Origin: a virus
Taxonomy: Duplodnaviria > Caudoviricetes
IMG/VR virus record: IMGVR_UViG_3300032006_001933
Location: 1 to 58,779 of that record
Strand: one strand, 5' to 3'
DNA: 58,779 nt
Made by a program: the position numbers and the translations under genes. Under the pieces are notes generated by a model, which had not been told where the DNA came from, ran no database searches, and saw only the letters and a list, made by a program, of their open reading frames with translations. This document shows positions 28,457 to 40,400 of the stretch, in pieces (the stretch's first letter is position 1; each line of letters opens with the position of its first letter).

Positions 28457-31400
28457 TGGTTCCTTTTCCTACATTTATAAGAGCCGCTTGTGTATTCGTG
28501 CTACTTTGTATTGTAGTAGTTCCATCATCATTAAATGCATTATATGCTTCAGGATCAGGATCTACCGGAAGTGCCACTGTAGGCCCTGCTGATGTTACTG
28601 TTACACCTGATGCATGAGTTGCCGCCGCTGTTCCGGCTACACCCCTGGTACAACCTTGAAGAACTCCGGTATTTGTTGTTTCATATCGTATTCTTTCAGC
28701 CCCAATAACGACTTCTCCTGGTGCTGTAGGGAGTGGTGTTATTGATGTTACGGATATTTCTGTTTCCTTTGAATCAAGAACTTCGGTTGTTGTTGTTTTA
28801 TTTGCATCTATCATTGTTTCATAAATTCGTGTACCTGTGTTATCAATAAACATTCTAAATGCTCTAGAATTGGCAGTTTCTGTACTACCTGATGTATTAG
28901 TTTGTACTCTTATATCGACAACTTCATCTGCTGAAGCATTAATTTCTTCTTCAAATGTTCTAGAATCAAAAACTGTTTCAATTTTAGAATGATACGGTTT
29001 AACTTCATTAAGATATGCTAAAATATCTTCTTCACTACCTACATCAAATGTTTTTGGAGTAAGAGCTCCTGGAGTTTTTCGTTGTAATTGTAAAAATGTA
29101 GTCTTAGCAACCCAATCTAAATTGGTTTGTTCTGCATATATAAAATGTATAACTGTAAAGAATAATTCTTTATAGTATTGTTTATATGTATCAATAAATA
29201 TATCTTCGTGTAAACCTTTTAAGATTGCTTGTAGTTCATTTGTATAATTTTTATCCCAACCACCTATATCATATTCTGCGGCATCCCAACCTGCATCTAT
29301 ATCTTGGACATCATACAATAAACTTGATAATTCAATAGTTCCGTTTTGTTTACCTATTTTAAACCAATTATCGTCTACCCATTGATAGAATGCCCAGTTA
29401 CCATCTGCATCGTCACTATCTACCCTTACTACAGAATAAACATCTTCATTTACATCATATAATTCATTTCTTGCACCTACTGTATATTGTGCAACAGACG
29501 ATGAACTAATAGTAAAGTCTGGATGAAACCAATCAACATATTTCCAATAATCTTGAGGAGCAAAAGTTGAATTACCTTTAGCAAAACTTTGTCCTAAATG
29601 TTTCTTCCAATTTAAATATGAATCACTTAAATTTATTTTTAATAAATTTTTATTTGCATTTTGTATTAATGCTCTTATTGCCGCTACTCTACTTTTAATC
29701 CAACTTTGTTTATAAGGCCGAATTTGCCCTCCATATCTAAATATATTATGTAATCGTAAATTAGGAACCATATTAGGTGAATCTACTGATATATTTCTAT
29801 CATCGATCCAGTTATAAGTTAATAATTCCTGCCATCGTTGCCTATTAAAATTACCTAATTCTTTAAACGTAGCATATTGATCATGAGCTACTGCGGTGGT
29901 AGATTGAGCGGCTCTGCCTACTATAATTCTATCACCTACTGCTGGATTAGTAAATTCCATACTATCTATATGCATTATAAAACCGTTTGAATCGGGTACT
30001 TCTATTTCTAACCACATTGCATGATAATCGTCTGTGCTAGAAACAAATTCTCCTTGAACACTATAAACCAATGTTGTTCCAAGACTTGTTTTTTCAGATG
30101 ATACTGCTGGTGTTAAAGTAACAGCCGTCATTGCATCAAAATCTACATCAGTTGCCGAATGTCCATATTTTAATTTTACAGAATCTAATGAAGTATTTGT
30201 TTTAAACAATGCTTTACCTTGGTATTGTATATTTTGTAATATTGTACCTCCAGCTAAATTTGCATTTTTTAAACTTCTTTGTCCAACATAATGAGTTGCA
30301 TTTTGGCTTGCACCAGTATATACACCACTTGCAAGTCCATATACAACGGCACTCGAATTAACAGTTGCTATTGTAAAAGTACCATCTGTTCCGCCTAATA
30401 CCGATACAACATCACCAACTGTATATCCACCGCCGCCTGTTTGTACTGTAGCAGATTGAATTACTCCGTTTATTTGTGTTATGTCAAGAGTTAATCCTGT
30501 GCCCGAACCACCAGTTGTTGCGGCAATACCAGATGAATACCCAGTACCACCTCCATAAATTGCAACGGTAGCAACTTTACCTGTAGGATCTATTGTACCT
30601 AATTTTGTACTCCAAAATGCAGTAGTTTTTTGTTCAAAGTCTCCATTTGTTAACATATTAACATCTGCATTGAACCTTCGTGTAGCAAATCTATCATAAT
30701 ATTTTAATTCTAGAATTTCTTCGTTTGATTCGCCTTCGTCTATAACTGCATAAGAACTTTCGTATCCAGATCCTTTTCTAGTGGAATCCATAGCAATAGC
30801 AGTAATTTCACCATTTACAATTGTTATATCTGAATCTATCACAGTTGCTTGAATCCCGCCTTCTGACGTTGGGGCACTTATAGTAACAGTAGGAGGAGTT
30901 GCTGAATTATATCCTTGTCCTGGACGATTCATAACAATACTATCAACTTTACCACTTACTATATTTGCATATGCATACGCTACTACATTTTCATATGGTA
31001 AACCATATGTATTTGATTCTGCTGGAGGAGTGCCTATCTCAACAGAAGCAGGAAAAGTTAATTCGCCTGCTTTTTCTCCTATTCTAAGTTGAATAGTAGT
31101 AGTTTGGTTATCAATGGATAATTTAGTATTTGTTTTAACTAAGGGCAACTCTTTATGTGTTTTATACAATTTAGTACTACTTTTAACAACATCATTTGCC
31201 ATATATTCTAATTTTTGATTCCAGTCATAATTATATTTTTTAGCAGAATATGTTGTTGAAGCACCATGTACAGTATATTCATTAATGTCGTCTCCATGCC
31301 AACCGCAAAGAAACATTTGAAGTCCATTATTATTAAAGCAAAAGCCTCTTGGTTTAGTTTCTTCATTTGTTACCTCAAACGATTTATTTGAATAGGATGC

Positions 31401-34400
31401 TGTTGAAACATCAAATGCTGTTGATAATGTGTATTTGAATATTGTCGGAGCACCACTTCCATTTAAAACATACATTGTAGTTCCATCTGATTGAAATTGT
31501 ACTGCTGATGGTTTTCCGGCTTGAGAACTAACATCAAAATTTTGAGAATATGTTGCTGTAGAAACATCAAAACCTGTTGTTAATGTATATTCATTAATAT
31601 CATCGCCTGCCCAACCCGTAACATACATTTTAGTTCCATCATTATTAAATGCCAAACCATAAGGCTGGAGTTCTTGAGTACTAATATCAAAACTATCTGT
31701 ATAGGAGGCAGTTGAGAGATCAAAACCTGTACTTAAAGCATATTCATAAACTTTATCATTATTTTGACCTAACATAATCAATATAGTTCCGTCTGTATTA
31801 AATTCTATACTATTTGAAGATACGTCTTGACCACTAACATCTAACGACTGAGCATAAGTTATTGTCGAAACATCAAATGCGGTTGATACCGAATATTCAT
31901 AAACTTTATCATTGGCTCTACCTAACATAAACATTTTAGTTCCGTCTGTGTTAAACTTCACATCTCTTACATCACTATCATCGGAAGTTAAAGCGGCTGA
32001 GGCTTTAACAAATGTAAAAAGTCCTGCTCCTGTTGGTGTAGGTGTTGTGTATGTATAATTTTGATCTTCTTCAATTCCTGCTACTTTTAATAAATCTTTA
32101 TTTTCGTCTATACCTAAAATACTTTCATGAAGTCTATTAGCAAATCTATTTGGTATTGTTGTTTCTTGATCTTCTTCTCTAATAGTAATCCATTCTTTAT
32201 GTGAATCATCAATATCGCTAGTAAAGTTTATTTGAAAAACAGAATTTTGGGTTAATCGTTCACCTACATTACCAGTTATAATATTTGATGCACCTCCAGG
32301 AGCCGCCCAAAAAAGTCCTTGTGCGGTAGGATCATTTAAGTATTCTCCAATTACTTTTGTAGATATTTCTCTATGAGATTGGGTTTGTGGAACTGAAGTT
32401 TTATTTTTAACCCAAAAATAATAAAATGTAGATACTTGTCCTGTTTGTGGATCGAGTGCTTCTTCTTCGCACCAATAGTAATGGGTAACTCCACTTAAAA
32501 TTTTTGTATATGCTTCACCTGATGCAATTTCACCATCTATTTCGTAATTACCTTCAACTAACGTAACCCATTCATCGGGTGCAACCGTACTTTTTGTCCA
32601 TTCATATATATCCATCGAAGAACCTGGAAATTGTTCTCCCCAATGTTTAAATGTATAATCTAAATCTAACGGTTGTTCATATTCTATATATCGAACAGTA
32701 TTTAAATTCCACCATGAAATACCAACCTCATGTTGCCCCCAATTTCGTGTTGAAGTTAATGTTTCTGTGTCTTGAGTTGTAGCATTATATAATGCTTGAT
32801 CATAACCTGAAATAATATCAATTTCTGCTTCAGCAATTCCAGGTACTATACCTTTAAACGGATCCCATACTTCTGCTCTTGCTAATTCTTTATTTTGTTC
32901 ATAATCATATACAATAACATTTGCTAATTGTCCTGTGTCTGCTTTTGGCTGTTGTTTGTTCATTTCAACAAATGTTCTATTAGTAGCATCATATTTAAAT
33001 GAACCCCAGCCTCTAGTTCTATTCTTATAAACAATCATCAATGGTTGTCCTGCTTGAAAAGTGCCACCTAAATTTTCAGGATAAAATATAATAGTAGTTC
33101 CTATTACTTCCCATGCCTTTGTGCCTCCACTTCCAGGTTCAAATTTTTGTCTAAACTCTCCTACAAATACATCTAAATCACCTGCTGTTGCTGGATATAC
33201 TAATTCATAACTTGATGTCAATGTAAATGAAGTACCACCTGCAAATGATGGGTTATACGAACCTGCGGCGGATGAGGCACCTATTGCTTGAGCTTGGACA
33301 TCATAGTATGCATCGCAATAAGCATAATTATTAGTTACCCAGTTCCATTTTGTGTTGGCAATAGAAGCAAACATTGCCGAATAATCCGAAAATCTACTTT
33401 TTCGAAATGCAAATACTTTACCATATACTTCATTGCTACCAACAAATTCATCTATATAAAATTGTTTATTTTCTCTTAATCCACATGTTTGACAATCTGA
33501 TCCTGTTGGAAATCCGGTTATCTTATGAATTCCATTTAGTGCAGGATTATTTTCTGCACCTGTAATCATAACATAATCACCTTCAGCTAAATTATGATCA
33601 ACTCCTAATTTAATAAGGGCTTCGTCACCAGTTTCATATCCTTTACAAATTTGTTCAATTCCAAAATTATCATCTTGAAGATTGAATGTCGACCAATCGC
33701 CTGCTCCTGTGTCTGCTGTCCATACATTAAATAATCCTGCTTCACCTGTTTCTATCCATCTATCTAATACAGTACTATCTGCCGCTTCAGCATCTGTTTT
33801 ATAATTAAATGCTGACAAATACATTTTATCGTCATCTGCTGGAACATTAACAGCAGGAACTTGACCATCTGCAAACGAAAGTATATAAGTAAAATCACCA
33901 TTTGCGTCTGCTCCTTTGGCTACAGCCGGATCAACTGTACTATTTGATAATGAGGCAGATGGCGTATAATACGAAAAATCAAATTCCCCGAATCTAGCCG
34001 TAACACCTGTTATACCATAAAGATAAGGATCAGCAGTTGCAGTAACTTTAGTAATACCATCAACTGTGAAAACACATTTTTCAATTACAAGTTCTGCTAA
34101 ATTACCACTTGCATGAGTTTTTGTGTATTTTGCATTTACTATACCATAAAAACTTTTAGCGGCGGCATTTATAATTCTAGTAGAAGTATATCGCTTACCT
34201 TTATATCGTACATAATATCCTTTTGCATAGGTATATGTATCTTTCCAATTTGGTGTCTGAAGTAATTTATATAATAATGAACTATCGTCATTTTTATATT
34301 TGTCATATAATGTAGGTAAATCTTCTAATTTAAAAACTTGATACGATGTTTCTTCTAATCTAGGATAACCAGCATTAGGTAAATCTTTTTCATACGTTTC

Positions 34401-37400
34401 AATTTCAGCAAGAGTATCTATCGATTGATCAAATATAGGTCTAGTACTAAATTGAACAGCAGGATTTGTTGATGGTTGTTCTAACCATCTTCCGTCTCCG
34501 CCTAACATACTAATAGTAGTATCATAATCAAAATCTGTTGCTTGTCCTTGATAAATTTCCCCAAAATTTATTAACTGAGGATTTGCTTTTATATCTGTAT
34601 TTTTAAGTGTAAATTCTTTAGTTGTTTGTTTAGATTCAGGACCAAATTCACCTAACCTAAACATCCATTCTTCTTCTAGATTAATATCAACACTTGCTTC
34701 AAGTAAAAATGTACTTCTAGTCAATCTATTAAAAACTTCAGGTGTACCTTTTAAATGGCTTACTCCTTTCATAAATTGAAATTGCACATCTTCTGAAAGA
34801 CGCATATTTCTTAAAAATTGTTTCTTTTCATAACCAATATTTTTTCTAGCAACATTTATACTATCTTTATTCAATCCTGTTTGCTCAGATGCAAAATAAC
34901 TAGAGGTTATATTGTCTACAGTTTTATCAAAATTTTCATATATTGTGTCACCATAAACTAAATAACCAGGCGCATGTAATGAACCATTCCATTCTGGAGT
35001 TTTTAAATATTCTATTTTAAATCTATGTTTTGCATCACCTAAAATAGGATAATAAATCATATCATCAAATATTGTTTTGTTGTTAATTATTAATAGATGT
35101 TCATAATCGCATACAACAAACGAAGCACAATAAATGGCCCTACTTTCATCCTTGGGTTTAACAGTAACATAATTTAATTGTCTATCAACATCTACAGTTG
35201 TTGAGTCAAATAAAGATTTATTTACATCTAAATAAAAACTGCCATATTCATAATCATTACTTTTTATATGACCATGTGCGGTTTTAAAATATAATAAATT
35301 ACCTGCAGGACTTAATTTAATAGATGTGTCGTCGCCCCATTCGGCTTCAGACCATAATATAAATTGTTGGGCAGTTAATGTCCAGTCTTCATACACTCCG
35401 TCTTGATTAGGATAATGAAATTCAAATCCTACATTTTCTAAATATTTTCCATAAGCATATAAGAAATTATACACATCATTTGCTGATTTAAATTCTGTAC
35501 CATAATCTATCCGTTTTGTGCCTGTATCAAATTCTGAATGTAATTGAATATTTGTTTCACTTACTGTAATTTGTTTAATTGTCGGCTTTAATTGATTTTG
35601 TATTATAAAATACGGTTTATCATTATGATATCCATAAACAGCATAACCTGTTGATGTTTTAATAATTTCAACACCACTATAAATATATTCTTTATATGGT
35701 GATGAATTGTGAAATTTAATAGTTAAGTCGTCGTTTGGTATAAAGTTATTTGATTTTTCTGATTGTAAACTATCTGCCAGCATAGATATAGAAGATTTTT
35801 TAGAAAATCCTTGCATTTTATAACTTAGTTTTGTGTTCAATTGTCTTTGTTGTCTAGCAAAATCTACATATATATCATTACCTAAAAACATTAATCTATC
35901 AACAATAGGTTGTTGCAATCCTAATATTCGTCTAGATAAACTATTATTATCTACTTCATTATGAATGAACAATTCATTTGAATTATGTCGTTTTTTTGTT
36001 TTATTAGATATAAATTGTTTTTTACGTTCTACAGATACTACTTCTATTACACCACCTTCTTGGGCGTGGTAAAGCCCACCTTGTGAATCATAATAGTATA
36101 ATATTTCTGGGGTAGATGAAGTTGGCGAAAATGTAGGTTTAGTTGCATCAGTTGCTTCGTCCCAACCTGTTGTGTACTGTCCAGAGACCTGGCCTTCCCA
36201 TGCTTCTGATAATTGAAAATCATGTCCGCTATAAGATGAATCTGTTAAATTAAATGTATATACATTTCCTGCTTGTAATACTAACTTTTTTTGTTGAACA
36301 CCATCTATATAAAATACTGTACCAGAGGTGTTACCAGCCTTGGGGGCTGTTGTCACATCAATTGTTATTGCTTTACTTCCGCTATCAGTTATTCTATCTT
36401 TTGTATCATAATATTTTTCTAAATATTTTGCAGGATTTATTGAAAATAAAAATTCATTTTCTACATATGGGAACAACGATGTTCGTTCCCATACAGTTTC
36501 TATCGGACTGCTATCACCTATGGACCAACTTGCTTTGGCTTCTAAAGCCGTCGGGCTTGACATTAAAGTTGCTGTAACAGGATCTTGTAATGTTCCGTCT
36601 ACGGCCACAGGAAATGTAGCACTAGGCCTCGCAACATTAATATCTTGAACAATAGTTTGGCCAGGTTCAGATATAATTCCTTTTTGCAAGGCAGAAATCA
36701 TATTATTTCGTTTAGTAGCATTGACCCATTCGTAATGTGTATCCCACCAAGAAGGTTTTCCTATAAAACCTAACATTTCCCAAGGATGAGAATGTGGTCT
36801 ATCTGTATCAAAATAATGTTTATAAATGCCTCTCCAATATCCTATTCCATTAGCATTAGCATCTGCACTATAATTCCATGTAAATTTATTATTTGCATCA
36901 TATCCTGTATTTGGTAATAATGTTATACCTCGAGCAATCTTAAATGCGTTAAAATAATTATCATAAAAATTATTTCTATCAGTTATTGTATATGGCGTTG
37001 TTCGATATTTTCCAGGAAATAAAGTTAAATCTTTTCGTTTAGATTCTGGACTATGTGAATAGGTTACTATATTGTCATCGTCGCTATTAAACTCAGATTG
37101 TATATGTCCATAAATTCTATTTTCTAATTCTAATAATGCTTTATCTCTATAATCTGTTATCGTGTGCGATAAAACAGATCCCGAACCTGTAATAGTTGAA
37201 TCGTGAGCTACTGTTTTTGAACCGTCATGTCCTTCAATTACAACTACTGTTCTAGAACCTGTATCGTCAACATAACTTTTTGGCACATATGTTGGAGCAA
37301 CGCCTAATTTAGCAAGAGTAGGTGGTATAAAACTTAATCCTTCGTCAATACTAACTTTTATGACAACTTTTCCTGATGCAACCGCTGTCCCTAATGTAAT

Positions 37401-40400
37401 AGTATTTGCATTAGGATCTAGAGTAAACTCAGTTTCAAATGTTTCAACATCATTGGTATCTATTGTATAAACATACACATGATTATGATATTGGTTTTTT
37501 CTTGTAATTGTTTTAGGTAAAGTAAATGTACTAGTTGATGTTGTCACTGAATATGTTTTTTCAACCATATTAAAATAATACGCCATATCACTATTTGCAA
37601 ATGGAAATGTATTATTTTTACCTAAATTTAAATCATATAATGCTTGATCAACTAATGCACTTGTGTTTGTGCCGGAATCCATTGAAGCATATAATTGTTC
37701 AATTTTTTGTATGAATTTCTTTTTAAACACATTATAACTATCAGCAGTATAATCTAATGCTAATAATAAATCATAATTTTCATTTCCCAACATTAAACCA
37801 AGTTTAAGTAAAGGAGATATTTGGTGATTAATTGTTCCACCAAATCCTGATTCACCACCTAAACTTCTATAATTATTATTACCAAATGCCGGACCTTTTA
37901 AACCAGGGTGTTTATCAATTAAATCAATCATATGCGGAAATATTTCTGCGTACGAAATATTACCCAATACCTCATTGCCTGGATTGTTTTTAAGTCCGTT
38001 TGGAACGTCGTATGCCCATTCATCTGTAGCACTGGTATCTGTAGTATAAAATTTTACATCTACTATGTCACCTACTGCTAATAAATTATCTGTACTTTGC
38101 GTTTGATTAGCAGGAGAAAATACTGGTACACCAGCATCAGAAACTGTTTCGTCTGTTCCTGAACTTTCGTAAGGTATAACTACATTTTTTCCATTAAAAA
38201 TATAATGTGTATCACGAGTTAATCTTACACCGTTATGATATACTTCTGGCCATCTTTGCTCTAATACTTTATCTATTATGATAAGTTTACCAGTTCCACT
38301 AGGTGAAGAATAATATAATACATCATTAGGTTCTGTTTCGCTTACTGCAAATGTAACTATTCCACTATGTGTATTATTATTTGTAACACCTGTACCATAT
38401 GCCGAGGCACTTGCATCTTGTATTTGAAAGGTTGTGGTTCCGTTGGTTATATCAAATGTATAAGTTTGCCCTTTAGCCAAATATAATGTAGGATTTATTC
38501 CTGAAAGTTTTTCAAACCCATAAGCAGATTTTAAACAAAACTCAAATCCTGTTGTAGTTGCTATAACATTATAATCACGTTCTGGTTCGAAATTAGTTGT
38601 ACCTAAATCAACAACAAAATCATCTTCTGCATTTGTAATATCTCGAGTTACAGTAATAGGTGTTCTAATTTGTTTGTAACTTTGTTCCCAACAATTATCA
38701 AAATCATATTTAGAAATGTCTCTATCAAATTTTCTTAGATAATACAACCCTAATATATCTTTTGGTATAGTACCTCTATCATACAAATACATTGTTTGTT
38801 GATGAGAATTATTAAACATTAAATTTGAAGTATTAGTAGACGACAAATAATTTGTAGTTGCATATGTTAACGGAAAACCTAAAAATTTATCCTCTGATCT
38901 ATCAGCAGTGGTTTTGTCTTCTAAATATTCAAAAACTGTATTACCTAAAAAGTCTGTTTCATTATATTCTGATAGCGGTTGAAATGTTGTATCATATAAT
39001 TCAAACTTTACTGGAACATTTTTAGTACCTTTTTCTTGTGCTAATCTCCATGTTGTTTGAGAAGATGTCTGGGCCGTAGGTCCATTTCTTCCATCGAACC
39101 AATAATCTTGACCTTGTAATGTAGTTCCATTTAATGAAGTAACAACATCACCATGGGTAGGCGGACCTGCCCCTCTACCATCTGTTTCTAATGTTAATGC
39201 TGTTGCACCTGTATTTGCTGTATTAACTTTATAAATTTTATTATTATATGTATCACTTGAAGAATTAACAAATAATACTCTATCGTTATCTTGAACTGTA
39301 TATCCATCATGAACTTCTGCCGCGGCAGACCCGCCCGATAATAGAAAACCGTTTGCCGCATCGGCAGGATCCATTGCTTCTGTAATAATAATATCAACAG
39401 GTTTTCTAAAATGTGTACCGTAATTATATAAATGTAAATCTCTCTCCCATTCTATAATAGGACGTTGTGCATAATCGTCGTCAACAATAATACCATCTAA
39501 TTTAAATGATTTAGTAAGATTTAACATTGTGTTTACTGCTTGAATAGTATTAATATGGTACCAATTATTAACTCTAGACCATGCATTATTATCTCTTGCA
39601 CTTTTTTCCATACAAATATATTCATGCATATAATGGACATCTTTATTAGCATTTACATACGGAGGCCTTGTAGTTTGTCCACCCATAATATGTAATGTAA
39701 CTCCACTAGTTGCATATCCTGCTCCTGCATTTGTAATTGTCAATGTAGTATCTACAGCACCATTGTTAACATCAGCCTCTAATATTGCGTGGGTACTTGG
39801 TGTACCACTTTGATCATATACATTAACAAATGGTATGTGAACATAGTTTGTGCCTTGTGTTCCTATTGAGTAACTTGCAACAGAACCAGTTCCTGTATCA
39901 ACTGTACCTAATGCTTGAGTCGGTGTAGCAAGACCCATAGATGTTTCTGTTACTGAACATAATGTACTTTCATCTATTAATGTTATTTTTTTACCTACAC
40001 CTGTTACCAAATATGTTTTTGTATCATTAATAAATGCAAGGCGCATTCCGTTTTCTAGTGTTAATGTTCTATTTCCATGTATGACTTGAGCTGATGTTGT
40101 GTATGTTCTTTTACCTTCTATTCCTGCTTTTGTTTCGCCATGTAATCCTACAAGAGGCAACCCAAAGGGCAACCACACATAACTATTCCAATTAACAAAC
40201 ATGTCATAATTTATAGGTGGTTTCCAAGCATAATTATAATCAGAAAATAATTTATCTAAATTTGTTGTGTTAGTTTCAAGATATTTTAACTTACTAATAA
40301 TATCATCATATGGTATAGCAGATTCATATTCTAAAGTTGATGGGTTTTGGCTTACGACTGTAGGATCTACTTGATATCTATTATTAAGAGTTGTTTTACT

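Noticed and set aside
31268-31975. CRISPR array or DNA-level tandem repeat
   Set aside because: The repeats are degenerate, in-frame protein repeats with no identical direct repeats or spacers.
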